From the NCBI GenBank assembly GCA_000004985.1, contig GG738880.1: DNA of 64,000 nucleotides; one strand, written 5' to 3'. Positions 52,633 to 64,000 of the stretch are shown piece after piece. The position numbers and the translations under genes are program-made. The notes beneath the pieces were generated by a model. It did not search any database, was not told the origin of the DNA, and saw nothing but the letters and a program-made list of their open reading frames with translations. Position 1 is the first letter of the stretch. Every line of letters starts with the position of its first letter. Origin of the DNA: Naegleria gruberi (lineage: Eukaryota).

Positions 52633-55600
52633 ATGTCATCACAAGAGTTGTTGGAGATTGACAATCATAGTACGGAACATTCAAATGTTAACACTTCCAT
52701 CACTTCTCATCATCACGAATATCTTCACTATGGAGATTTCATTTCACTCTTCACTGAATCGAGTGGTGGAAGTATTGGATTTCTCAGTGTGGATGGAATT
52801 AATATTAATTGTAATAATATTCAAGGGTTTGTTTCTCTTTCAAAACTTAATAATTTTAATAATTTAATTAAATTGATAATCAATACATTAATCATTGGTT
52901 GCCAACATTAACGTTATTTAAACAAAATTAAAAAATGTTCGGAAAACAATTATTGGATCGCGATTGATATCTTATGTTTATTAATAATAATAATTGAATG
53001 ATGAATTGATAATGATAATAGGAATGTAAAACAAATTCGTTGTGGTCTTTCAGAGGCTGTGTCCTTGACTGGACATGAATCAAATCAACAACAAGCCTCT
53101 CACAATCAACAACAAACAACTACTTCCGACTCAAAGACAAAGCAAATTCCTCCCACCTATATGATCTCTAACTTTCAACAATGTGTTTTTCAAGTTTGTT
53201 ATCCGAAGAGTTATTCTGCCTTGAAAAAGTACAAACAACATTTGGATGAATTGGAAATCAAGGCTAGTGGTAATAGTGCAAAGAAGAGTCAAGACAATTC
53301 TGACAATGATTCGAAGAAGGTTATTCATCATGAGAGCAATGAAGTTGCTCAATTAAAGGAACGAATGGAACGTGAGATTCAACAAAATGAATTGGAAGCT
53401 CTGAGAAATTATGGAAAACCTGTTACATATGGCTCATCAATTCAATTACTTCATGTACAAACTCAAAGCTTTTTGACTGTTGCGAGAGAGTCTGCAGAAA
53501 TGCAGAAGGATTGTCTCAGATTATCATTGGATGATGTTGGATCGAAGTATTCACATTTTTCTCTACTTCCATATTTCAATTATCGTAGAGATGGAGAAAT
53601 TGTGAAACTTTCTGACAAGATTAGAATTTGGAATAGAAAATCTGCACAATATGTACAATTTTCATACTATAGATATAGTAATGCTGTAGAATCAGGCTTG
53701 AAGAATGCTCAAAGTATTGGTTCAAACGTTAATGAGATGGATAAATCATCTTACACACAATTAGCTAAAGAAGCTGTAAAGAATAATGCCAACCTTAAAA
53801 AATTCACATACGACAATAGAAGAGAAGTTAACATGTCAGCATCGAGTGCATTCTCACATTGGAATTTGAGAGTATTTTCACCTTGTAAAGATTCCCCTAC
53901 AGAAAGTAACAAATTCCTCAAAGCAGGTGATATAATAAGAATTTATCACAAAGAATTTGATGGTTTTTTAACTGTCAATGAAAAGACTGGAAGAGTCAAG
54001 CTGAAAAAGTCATTTATCAATCCTCTTATTGGAAGCTCAGCAAATGGAGAGGCATCTTTTTCAAATTCAGGTTTAAGTTCAATGAAGGGATCAGGTATGA
54101 AGTCATTCTCATCCAAATCAAGTCTGGTCTCTGGTCAATACTCTAGTTCGTTCAATCTGGCAGATTCCTTCTCATTGAGCAGTAAGAGTAGCCTGTCACT
54201 GGTTGACTCTTCTGAGAATACTCTTTCTGGTGTTATACAGGATGACTTTGATGTAACTTGTCATACATTGTGGCAAGTAGAAATGTTGGACTCAACCAAA
54301 GGAGGAGAGTTGAGGAAGAATTTCGTTTATAGGTTGAGACATGTCAGTACAGGAAACTATCTCATAGCAAGAATGGCCACTGATGATGAAGAGAAAAAAG
54401 AAAGAGATGCAGAAGATGCTGAAATTTCTGAATTCTCTCACAGTTCTTTCTACATTTCATCTGAATCAAGCTCTAGTTCTATTCAATTGCATAATACAAC
54501 AAGCCCACTTTCTAAAACACCAATCAAAACCAAGAAGGAGAATAATCTTAGCTTGTTCGTAGAACCACAAGATAATTGTACAAACCCTCTCAATATGTTG
54601 TTTAACTTGCAAGATTCCATGCTTTCTACAGATCACTCTGAGTTTTTCTTGAATGGGCAATTCAGACTCAGACATTATCTAACTAATACTTGGTTGCATT
54701 CAGTTAATTCGCAGAAAGCTTTTTCTAAATCATCTGAAAGAGCCTCTCTCAAATCTCATTACTCACCAGTATGTACCACTCAAGGCATGAGAGAGGAGGA
54801 TGTATTGACTTGTGTGTTGGTTTCCAGACCAGAAAGTGAAGACTTGTTCACAGTGCAAAGTTACATCCCAATTCTCAAATACTTTACTCAAAAACTTAAT
54901 GATGGATCTGTAAATAGGAGTGACATCAAGTTGTACATTGACGTAATTTCTAGTTGTATAAGATTTTGTACTAGCAGTTCTGAAATGGATCCCCTCCTGA
55001 GAAGTGGTATTCCAATCAAAAAAAACCAAAAATTAATGAGAGAAAAGGGTGTCATTACTATTGTTATGGATATTTTGATGGCACTTATTTCTAAGAATTA
55101 TGTAAAATTGGAAGAGTTATCAACAATTCAAGAAAGGAGTGACAAGATTGACTTTTTTGATGTAATTCAGTATTCATACAGATTCATTAGACAAGTTGTA
55201 CTTACAAACGAATCAAATGGTTTATTTATGGCACAGTACATTAACTTTATTCAGACCAACATTGAACATAGTATTAGTGCATCTGAGGCTCTTTTGCAAA
55301 TTTTATCCAACAATTTTTCCTTGTTGAATAAGATTACAGAGGACCAAATTGACTTTTTCATCAAATTATTATTCACAAACCCTACTAGTTCTAGTTCATT
55401 GAAGCAACATACAGAAAGATATGGAGGTTCTCTTAAGAAAGCTGTCTACTTATCCTTCTTGACCAGTCTAATCATATGTGAAGGAAAAACTGTCGTGAAA
55501 AACCAAAAGTATATTAGTAACCTGCTCTTCTCAACATTCAAGGAGCAAATGTTGAAGGTATTTGTAATACCAAGAATTAGAAAATCAGATGATAAGGTGA

Positions 55601-58600
55601 TTATCGATGTGAATCGTGTAGAGTATGAATTGGTCAATTTTTCAAAGTCTGCCACCAATATCGATCATATTACTTATTCAAAAAATAATTTTGAACTAAT
55701 GGTCTTCTTCCAAGAGCAAATCAAACTCTTTGCTGCCATGTGTACCGGAAGTAATGAAGCTACCGAAATGACAAGAGCAGCCATTATTCAGCTATTTACT
55801 TTTGAAATTGTGTACAAGTGTGTTGCAGAGTCGGCACTTACTCCAGCCTTGAGAACTTCTTTTGTCCATCTGCTTATGCACTGTTTCGTAGACACTGAAA
55901 AGAACGAAAAGAGAACATTTATTGAATTGACTCGTAAACTTGAATCCCTATCTGGAAAGAGTGTTCACGAATATACATCCCGTGAGCTTGGTGAGGTCAA
56001 GCAATTTCTAGAAGTTTTCTTCAGAGAGAATACCTCATTAGATATTGGATACGAGAAGAGAGATGTCAATAATTTTATTCTTTCCCTTGCTCAGTTGTGT
56101 GCAGGAATGATTGAATTTGGTATTTTCAATTTGAAAGACTTTGAAGAGACAGATCTCCTTGTTTCATTATTTAACATTCTCAGATCAGACAACGACACCA
56201 AAAATGGCTTACCATTACGTGATGAAGAAAGGTTCAAGCAATCAGAAGAAAACGTAACTGTAACTCAAATCAAGATTGAAATTGCCAAGATATTTCACAT
56301 GTTGCTAGACTTGCTGTTAGATAAGAGAATTACGAAATTCCTTCAATTCTTTTGGATGAAATACAAAATTGATGATATCAAGATTGTAATAGAGGAAGAA
56401 TCTGACTCATTGCTTGGTGTGACCTCCAATGACAAACAACAAGCACAATTGCTAAATTTACGTAAAAAGGAATTGGATAGAATATTCCAAGAAATGGACA
56501 CAAAGGAAAATCAGGTTTTGAAAGATATTTTCGAGAATACTACCCTTCCTTTCAAGATTATGTCAGAGTTTTCACTTAAAATTATCAACTTGACCTCCTA
56601 TGAGAATCAAGAACTATCCACAATATGTCTTCGTTTATTGATCAGAAGATACAGAGCAGCTGACGAGCTTGCAGAAGCTCTACCAAAAGTTGAATTGATT
56701 GTCTCAAGAGAAATGGCTCGTTCCTATGACCATTTGAGAAAACAGACTGCCGACTTGAGAAGTATTTTTGGTTATGGTAGAAGTAATTTCCTAGGTGCTC
56801 GTCACATCAGTGAATACGAAGTTAAAAAAGCTATGAAAGCCCTTGGAGAAGTTATTAGTGATATCAAAACTAATGGAAAGAGAAGTCAAAGAATTATTCG
56901 TAATCTCAATTTATTTGAACTCGTTTTGTCTGTTTTGAGGAAGGAGTGGATGGTTCCAACTGATATTCAAGAAAATTGCCTGACCATTTTAACAGAGTTT
57001 GTTAGAGGTAATCCAGACAATCAGAAACTTCTCTTCCCTTACATTGAATTTTTCATGAGACTGATCACAGAGAACAAGAAGCTTAGCAAGTATATTGTTC
57101 TATTGATGTGTGAAATTGTTAAGAATAATAGAACATTGTGCAGTATTTTGGAAGAAAAATTAATAGAGCAATACTTTGATTTGATTGCTGAACAGAGAAG
57201 TGCCTTCATGTTGCTTTTCTTAAGAACCATTTTGGCAACTCATAATAATACACCAATCAAAAGAAACCAATCCCTCATTACCAAATATATGGTTGAGAGA
57301 AAGAAAGATGTTTGTGTTCTATTCAAAGACGAAGAAGGTATGAGAGAACGTAACAATAGAATTACCAAGGAAGAACACAAAACAGAACCAGATGGTATTC
57401 TCAATTATCACATTGCACTATTGCACTTGATGGCTACTGCTGCTGATGGCAAGAATAGAGAAAGTGAGTTGCGTTTACAAACATTGTTTTCTTTTGAAGA
57501 GTTGTTGGAACAAGTTGTTTCTCCTTTCACATTGGCCATGATTAGAAATCCTCTCATCAAGATTATCAATGAAGTCTATATCAATGTGGAAAAGGCAACT
57601 GATGACCACCAGGAAAAGAAAACCGCCAATGTACATCATCCTTTGATGTATAAAATGTTTTCAAAGATGATTAGAGAGTTGGAATTTGTGGAGATGCTTC
57701 AAACTCTAGATGTGAATGCAATTGTAGGGTCAGAAGGAGCTACCAACTCACCTTCTCCCTCTGGTACTGGTGCTTCTCTATCTGCTAGCAGTGCTACTAA
57801 ATTATCGAATGCTAGTGTCAGACCTTCAATGAACCTTACCAATCAAGCACTGATTAGACAGAGTAGAGCTATAACCAATAGAAATTCATCCATTGCACCT
57901 AAAATGCAAGTAACTGAAGAGGATTTGGAAAAATTCCATGTTGACAATTACTATATATTCGAAGTTATGATTCCAGTTGTTCAGAATTATTTCCACTTGC
58001 ATTTCCCTCCTCCTAATCTGTTAAAGGAACAACTCGATGTTGCAGAAGATTTATTGCTGAAACTCATTGATTTACACAAATTCACGGCAAATACTGACCA
58101 AAGAGAACAAATTTACAAGTGTATTACTGCCATGTGGAAGAAGAGTATGTCTTCAGAGTCACAATTAGCCATTACCAAGTTCGTAACAAACAAGAACACA
58201 AAGGCAAAGATGACAAGATCCAGATTTGAAGTATCTTCTACAGTAGAAACTGATGAGTACATTCACAAGAGCTATACAAAGTATTTGCAAAAAAGAATTA
58301 TTAACAAGGTGGAAGAATTTTCGCACTTTAATAGGATTGGTGCTCTCTTTGAAAAGTATAACGGATTTGTGAAGGTACTTGTTAGAGCCCTCAGAAAGAT
58401 TAATACACCTCTATTGAATTACAGTCCATCCCTTCTTGAAGTGGGACTTTTGAGTATGGAAATTCTCAAAGATATTGTCAGATCTCAGAATAAGAGAGCT
58501 AAAGAGGTGAAACAAAAGGGAGAGAACGATGTTCCAGAAATTGAAAATTTGAACTATGTGGAAAATAAGCTTCCAGTAATGATCATTGAATTGATGACAT

Positions 58601-61302
58601 CATTTAATCCTGCTATTGTTAGATCTGCCATAGATCTTGGTATCTTGATTTTGAACCGTGGTGATAAGGCAATACAGGATGAGTTTTATAGAATATTGAC
58701 AGAAACTGACTCGTCCTACTTCTTTGAATCATTGAGAGATAGAATCCGTCTTGGTAAGACAGAAATCAAGGAGAGAAAGAATTACCTCAAGAAGAAAAGG
58801 GATAAAGACTATGCCTTGTTCAAACAACGTCAAAGACAAGAAGTTGCCAAGGTTCGTGCTAAGGATGAAAATGATTCCTCCCGACCAATGGAAGAGGAAG
58901 AAGAAAGAGATTTACAAGAGGACTTTGTTGAAATGGGACATATTGAATTACTTTTCGAGTTTTTGAGACTTTTATGTGAAGGACACAATGTTGAAATGCA
59001 AACACTTCTCTTAAATCAACCAGTTAATACTCTGAACGTGAATGTTGTTACAGAAACAATTGAATATATGATTGCTCTAGAGAAAAAGATTGATTTTGAT
59101 AACGTTCAAATTGCTATTCAAGGTTTCAAGACCTTGACAGAATTCATTCAAGGCCCAGCTCTTGTCATCCAACAAGCTATTGGTACTTCTCCGAGATTCT
59201 ACGCCAGACTGGTCAATGAAATCATGTCTAAAACATATGAAGATGGAAACTTGCTAAAACAACAAGAACTTGGATTGAAGAGGGAAGTTTTACTTACTCT
59301 CAATGCTCTTCTAGAAGGAATGAACAATAGTGTATTTGATTTTATGAGACATTCCCTGAACTTTGATGAATTGGAGCATTTCCTTTTGTTCTCTGCCAGA
59401 TTTTTGCATTCTCTAGAAACCAAACATGAGAACTCTGATGCAAAGGACGAATACAATGAAATCAAGCAAAGGTTGAGAAGAGATTTTGATCATCACTTCC
59501 TTCATGAAGCCACACGTGACAAGGCTAATCCAGTTATTGCAGAAGATTACATTGCAGTCTATATGCCAATGATCAAGAATTTATTGAAAGAGACTGGTAA
59601 TTTTGCCTTTTTCTTGCTTAACATTTTCAGAGATGGTGAAAGAGAAAATTTGAGAAATATTTCAAGAAGTGCCTTTATTTCTGTAGAGGAAGAAAACAAA
59701 CTTTTAAGGATTACCAACATGTTGGATAATCATTCTCAATTAGTTTCAGTATTTTCCGAATCGACAGCAAGTATTGAAGTGTTGCGTGATAACAAGATTG
59801 AGAAGATTTACTTTTCCAAACCAACCATATGCAACAATTTGATGGACAAGGCAAGAAGTAATTATGTAAACTCTCTGGATGTCATGGCACCTGAAGAGAA
59901 AGTTCGTACTCTTTACAACCATACCTTCAGTATTTTCCAAGTTGAAATGGAGCATTATGAATTGATGAAGAAAAAGTCCACCATCAAGGATAAATTAGAA
60001 GATCTAGTTGGTATAGCCAACAAACACACAGAAGAAGTGACAGAGTTTGTGCCTACAATGGCTCAACTGAGAAATAAGTACAAGAGGAAAAAGAAACTCT
60101 CCATTGGAACTAGTTCTAAAAACAGGGACCAAACAGCAAGTTGGGAATTTATTGCTCACTGGTGGGACAGAATTCGTTTATTATCTTTTATATTTTGTGT
60201 GGTTCTTAACATTTTCGTTTTAGGATTTTTGAAGAGACTCTACTCAGCAAACACAGTAGATGACATTCCAGTACCTGGAGATTTGGATTTTGATATTACG
60301 TTGGCATCAAAATATCCTACAACAAGAAATTTGGCTGGTGATATTATTATAACTATTCTGGGAGCCATTCAATTGATAACAACAGCATCATTGGCCATTA
60401 TTTACGCAAAAGTTTTTATTACTCTTGAAGTGAAGAAGAGATTCAAACTCAAAAAGAGAGAGAAATGGGAAAATATTCCAAGAAATAGAGAATTCTATTG
60501 GAAATTTATCTTTTACGCACTTCAAGATTTACAAATGTGGTTCTTTGTACTGTACTTTGTTCTCAGTGTATTAGGATTATTGATATCTCCAATAGTTTAC
60601 AGTATTCAATTGTTCGAAATTGTTTTCAGATTTAAGAGTTTGAATGACGTGTTGAGGGCTGTCATTTCCAATGGAAAAAAGCTCTTTTTTGCAGGCATGT
60701 TACTTGGAATAACCATGTTCTTGTTTGGATTGCTATTCTTCTCATGGTTCTCTAATGATTTCACACTTGAATCTAATGGAACAAAAACATGTGAAAGTGT
60801 GTTGGAATGTTTTGTGACAATGTTTGACTATGGTTTCAGAAGTGAGTCATCATGGGAAAATATGTATCCACACAATCCAACTGTTGGAAGGGCCATCCTA
60901 GACTTGGCATTTAACATGATTGTAATCGTGTACCTTTCTAACGTTGTGTTCGGTACAATTCTAGATTCTTTCCAAGAATTGAGAGCAGCAAGAGAGGAAC
61001 GTAAGAATGAAATTAGAGAAAAGTGCTTTATATGCGCTCTGGAAAAGAGTAAATTTGATACAAAAGCCAATGAAGGAATTACCTTTGAAAAGCACATTAA
61101 GGAAGAGCATTACTTGTGGAATTATGTCTACTTTTTAATTTACTTGTACGAGAAACCTGAAACTGAATATACAGGTGTTGAAAGTTATATTTTCGAAAAG
61201 TGTGAGGAGAATGATGATGTAACAAGCTTCTTCCCAATATTTAGGTCTAAAACAATTGAGGAAAGCGAACAAACAAAGGTTTCATTAGGAGGATCGGATT
61301 AA
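52633..61302 (+). CDS. inositol 1,4,5-trisphosphate receptor-like Ca2+ release channel (IplA-like): a short first exon (52633..~52826) plus a large exon to 61302; intron boundaries unresolved
   Basis: Exon 1 LHYGDFISLFTESSGGSIGFLSVDG matches the IP3R N-terminus ([27 protein letters not shown]). Main ORF: FQQCVFQVCYPKSYSALKK (compare FRDCLFKLCPMNRYSAQK); an MIR-like region; C-terminal multi-TM channel region; and CFICALEKSKFDTKANEGITFEKHIKEEHYLWNYVYFLIYL, which is the IP3R C-terminal tail signature. IP3R comparison sequences are recalled from memory. Confidence 0.8.
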
Positions 61303-62245
61303 CTCAAAGGCATTGTTTCCTTTTTCCATCTAAACTTAGTAAAATAATCTCACATTGATGCTTGACACATTCCACAAAGTTGGAATTTACTTTTTTTGAC
61401 TCAAAGGAAACCTTTAGCACATTGTATTGAATATTTAAAACAATTACACAAACAAAGCTAGCGGTTATTAATTCTCCCTATTGTGAATGCAAATATTGAG
61501 TGTGAAAAACAGCTGTGCATGCTGACCATTGTCACACTCTCAAATAAAGGAGGCACTCCAAAGTGAGACGGCATCACATAAATATACTTGACCTCTTCAT
61601 AATACTACATGAATTTGTGCCAAGATGTCTTCCATCAGATCTAATGCTGAAGAACGCTCAGTACAAATCCTCCAAATATTTACAACAAATATTGTAAGGG
61701 AATGCCTTGCCTTTGAAAAAAACGAATCCACTTACTGTCTGTGAGGAATCTTCTTTTCAAACACTCACTGCATTTCTAGTGTTGGACAAACAGTAAAAAA
61801 AGTGCACCATTATTGAGTGTTTGCTTCTAGTCAATTGTGACGCTCGCTTGTCCAAAAGAACAAGGTAAAAAACAGATAAACCACTCCAACACTTAATTTC
61901 TTTCCTCTATCTTTATACTAGAAAGAATTGTTATCTAATTCTCAACAATTTATTTTTCCTCCCCTTTTGGAATAGACTTGTCCAAATTGACCGATCACAT
62001 CGCCCAAAGCTCCTTCATTGGTAAATTCACACAAGTATTATTCGAAAAACAAAAGGCAAACAGTTCATCATTAGCAGCGCTCCAACATCATTTCATCCAA
62101 CACAACACATTTCTTCAACTGTTTTGCATCTTATATATATATACCACAACATCCCTATCCGAAATCTTTAATCCATCTAAAAAACTAATCCAACACAAAC
62201 ACATATATTTAACTGTTTTGAAGGGAAATTGGTTAATTTCACAAC

Positions 62246-64000
62246 ATGTTATTTTGCAGTTCGAGATTTTCTGTAGGAAGCAACAGTTCATCTTCATCAA
62301 ATTCTTCATCATCATCGGGGAATTCTAATAACAATCAACAACAACAACATTCTGGTGGAGGAAATTCAAAAAGTGATGAAGAGTTTGATCCTGCACTGAA
62401 TGGTGGACCTATCAGAATGATTAGGAGAAATCAACAGTTGATGATGGCAAATGCTCAAATTTCCCAAAATAGTAATATCAGAAATAATGATTCGAATAGT
62501 AGTAGTAATGGAGGGGATGACAGTTGTGTTGGGAAGATATCATTGAGTAGTGATGCTAGTATTGAAAATATGATGATTAATGGTGGATATTTATTGAGGA
62601 GTTTGACAAGAGACATTTGGTATTTAATTTTCTCATTCATGTCAACACAGTGGTTCTTTTTGAATGGAAGATTAGTTTGTAAGGAATGGTATAAGTTGAT
62701 AAGGAAAAGAGGGGTTTATTCTCCAAAATTGGTTTATTACATTTCGAGAAGAGATGTAAAGAAGGAATTGAAAAGATGTGAACAATTTGTTAATTTGTGT
62801 CGAGAAGGGTATTTCAAACAAGTTGTTCAATTGACTATACATTCAGATTGTTTACTTGAGAATGGAGGTTTATTAAGGTTGTTATTTGGAGTTTCGAATA
62901 ATAATTCGAAAGAACGAATAATGAAAGGTTGCTGCACCAAACACATGAACGATGAAGAAGAAAGCAACAACCAAAACATCAATACTAATGCCCTCACCTC
63001 ACCTAGAACCTTACACAGTCCACGTGAAAACGATTCCACCACTAACGAAACTCTATTCGGCCTAAATCGAATTTGTAAAAATTGTGAAAAAATTCTTTAC
63101 AAACAAATTTCATGGGTCAACCTACTAAAAACCAACATTCCAACCTTTAATTACTTCCCCAAATTAACTTCCCTGAATCTGAGCTATGAGTTTCCAATAA
63201 CCAAGTCAATTATAACGAGTCCTTTCATTTCCTCTCTAACTGAACTTAATCTTGGAAGTGGACATGTTGTCACAGATGATGACATTAAGGAAATTGTAAA
63301 CACTCCTCGATTATCTAAGCTGAAGAGTCTAAGTTTGTATCATAATCAAATAACTGAGCATGGAGCTTTTGAAATTTCGAATAGTTTTAACATGTCTAAT
63401 TTAACAAGTTTAGAATTGGGATTGAATAGAATTGGAATGAATGGTTTCTTACATTTGGTGAATAGTTCAATTTTGAAGAATTTAACTCATCTCGATGTGA
63501 ATAGAAATGAGGTGAATTTCAATTCAATTCAGGAAATTAATGTGAAAGAATCGAATTTGAAAACATTGATATTGTTAAAGAATGAATTGGGTGTGAACGG
63601 ATCCATTTCCTTTTTAAATCATGGCAACTTTCCTCAATTAACTCATCTGAACCTTTCGAATACGAATATTGGTCTAGAGGGAATTCAGAATATTTGCAAA
63701 TGTTCATATTTAATTAATTTAACAATTCTTGAAGCTGGAAATAATGATATAGGAGATGAGGGAATTAAGGCAATCTGTACGAGTCCTTATCTTGTCAATC
63801 TCAAGCAATTAGATCTGATTAATAATAGAATTGGTCCTAAAGGTGCCTATTCGATAGCTACCTGTCTTTCGAATTTAACACATCTTGATCTCAGTAATTT
63901 CGGTAATGAAAATCTCAATCAAATTGGAAATGAAGGAGCATTCTCAATTGCTAACAGTCCAAATATGGTCAACCTTACAAAGTTATGCTTGAGAAGGAAT
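62246..64000 (+). CDS. F-box / leucine-rich-repeat (RNI-like LRR) protein, 3'-partial (runs off the window)
   Basis: Frame +2 is open from the ATG at 62246 to the window end. F-box LTRDIWYLIFSFMSTQWFFLNGRLVCKEWYKLI. Then repeated L..L.L..N.IG..G...I units (LTSLELGLNRIGMNGFLHL, LTHLNLSNTNIGLEGIQNI, LTILEAGNNDIGDEGIKAI, LKQLDLINNRIGPKGAYSIA). This ORF is missing from the supplied track because it has no stop inside the window. Confidence 0.7.
   Translation, partial: MLFCSSRFSVGSNSSSSSNSSSSSGNSNNNQQQQHSGGGNSKSDEEFDPALNGGPIRMIRRNQQLMMANAQISQNSNIRNNDSNSSSNGGDDSCVGKISLSSDASIENMMINGGYLLRSLTRDIWYLIFSFMSTQWFFLNGRLVCKEWYKLIRKRGVYSPKLVYYISRRDVKKELKRCEQFVNLCREGYFKQVVQLTIHSDCLLENGGLLRLLFGVSNNNSKERIMKGCCTKHMNDEEESNNQNINTNALTSPRTLHSPRENDSTTNETLFGLNRICKNCEKILYKQISWVNLLKTNIPTFNYFPKLTSLNLSYEFPITKSIITSPFISSLTELNLGSGHVVTDDDIKEIVNTPRLSKLKSLSLYHNQITEHGAFEISNSFNMSNLTSLELGLNRIGMNGFLHLVNSSILKNLTHLDVNRNEVNFNSIQEINVKESNLKTLILLKNELGVNGSISFLNHGNFPQLTHLNLSNTNIGLEGIQNICKCSYLINLTILEAGNNDIGDEGIKAICTSPYLVNLKQLDLINNRIGPKGAYSIATCLSNLTHLDLSNFGNENLNQIGNEGAFSIANSPNMVNLTKLCLRRN

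Noticed and set aside
61627-61700. Possible short upstream exon (ATGTCTTCCATCAGATCTAATGCTGAAGAACGC...ATATTGTAAGG) spliced to the ttttgcAG at about 62260
   Set aside because: It has an ATG and a GTAAGG donor-like site and there is an acceptor-like ttttgcag at the downstream ATG, but there is no coding evidence and 600 bp of UTR-like sequence lies between. Too speculative without transcript data.
61978-62328. 116-aa plus-strand ORF reported in the track upstream of the F-box/LRR gene
   Set aside because: Low-complexity translation in a different frame from the long open F-box/LRR reading frame that starts at 62246. Most likely a spurious 5' UTR ORF.
1-64000. CRISPR arrays, prokaryotic operons, IS elements, integrons
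   Set aside because: The sequence is eukaryotic (spliceosomal introns, monocistronic genes with poly-N/Q proteins, Pol III genes). No direct-repeat/spacer arrays or transposase ORFs were seen.

Overview
This window looks like eukaryotic nuclear DNA from a social-amoeba-like genome (Amoebozoa/dictyostelid), not a prokaryote. It is AT-rich (roughly one-third GC by eye) and gene-dense on both strands. Introns are short (35-170 nt) with GTAAGT-like donors and AG acceptors, and the proteins are rich in poly-N/S/Q tracts. About 30 protein-coding genes are supported. They include an Hsp20 small heat-shock protein (a second copy is cut by an assembly gap), several F-box proteins, two RWP-RK paralogs, a SNF2 ATPase, an R2R3-Myb factor, PUS3, SURF1 and an IP3-receptor-like channel. 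RNA genes are one dispersed 5S rRNA with a degenerate tRNA-Asp-like element beside it, and one tRNA-Arg(ACG). No CRISPR or prokaryotic mobile elements are present. The most unusual content is a cluster of three membrane proteins with C-terminal RGS domains at 36.0-47.8 kb. One is a very large adhesion-GPCR-like receptor (Kelch propeller, tenascin-type EGF repeats, GPS motif, 7TM, RGS) whose two ORFs appear to be joined by a cryptic 35-nt intron. Also unusual are a bacterial-type RlaP/pol-beta-like nucleotidyltransferase convergent with an XRCC4-like gene, a duplicated ~70-nt noncoding element between the RWP-RK paralogs, and an F-box protein with DUF4116 repeats. All calls rest on reading the translations and motifs by eye. 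No database searches were run.
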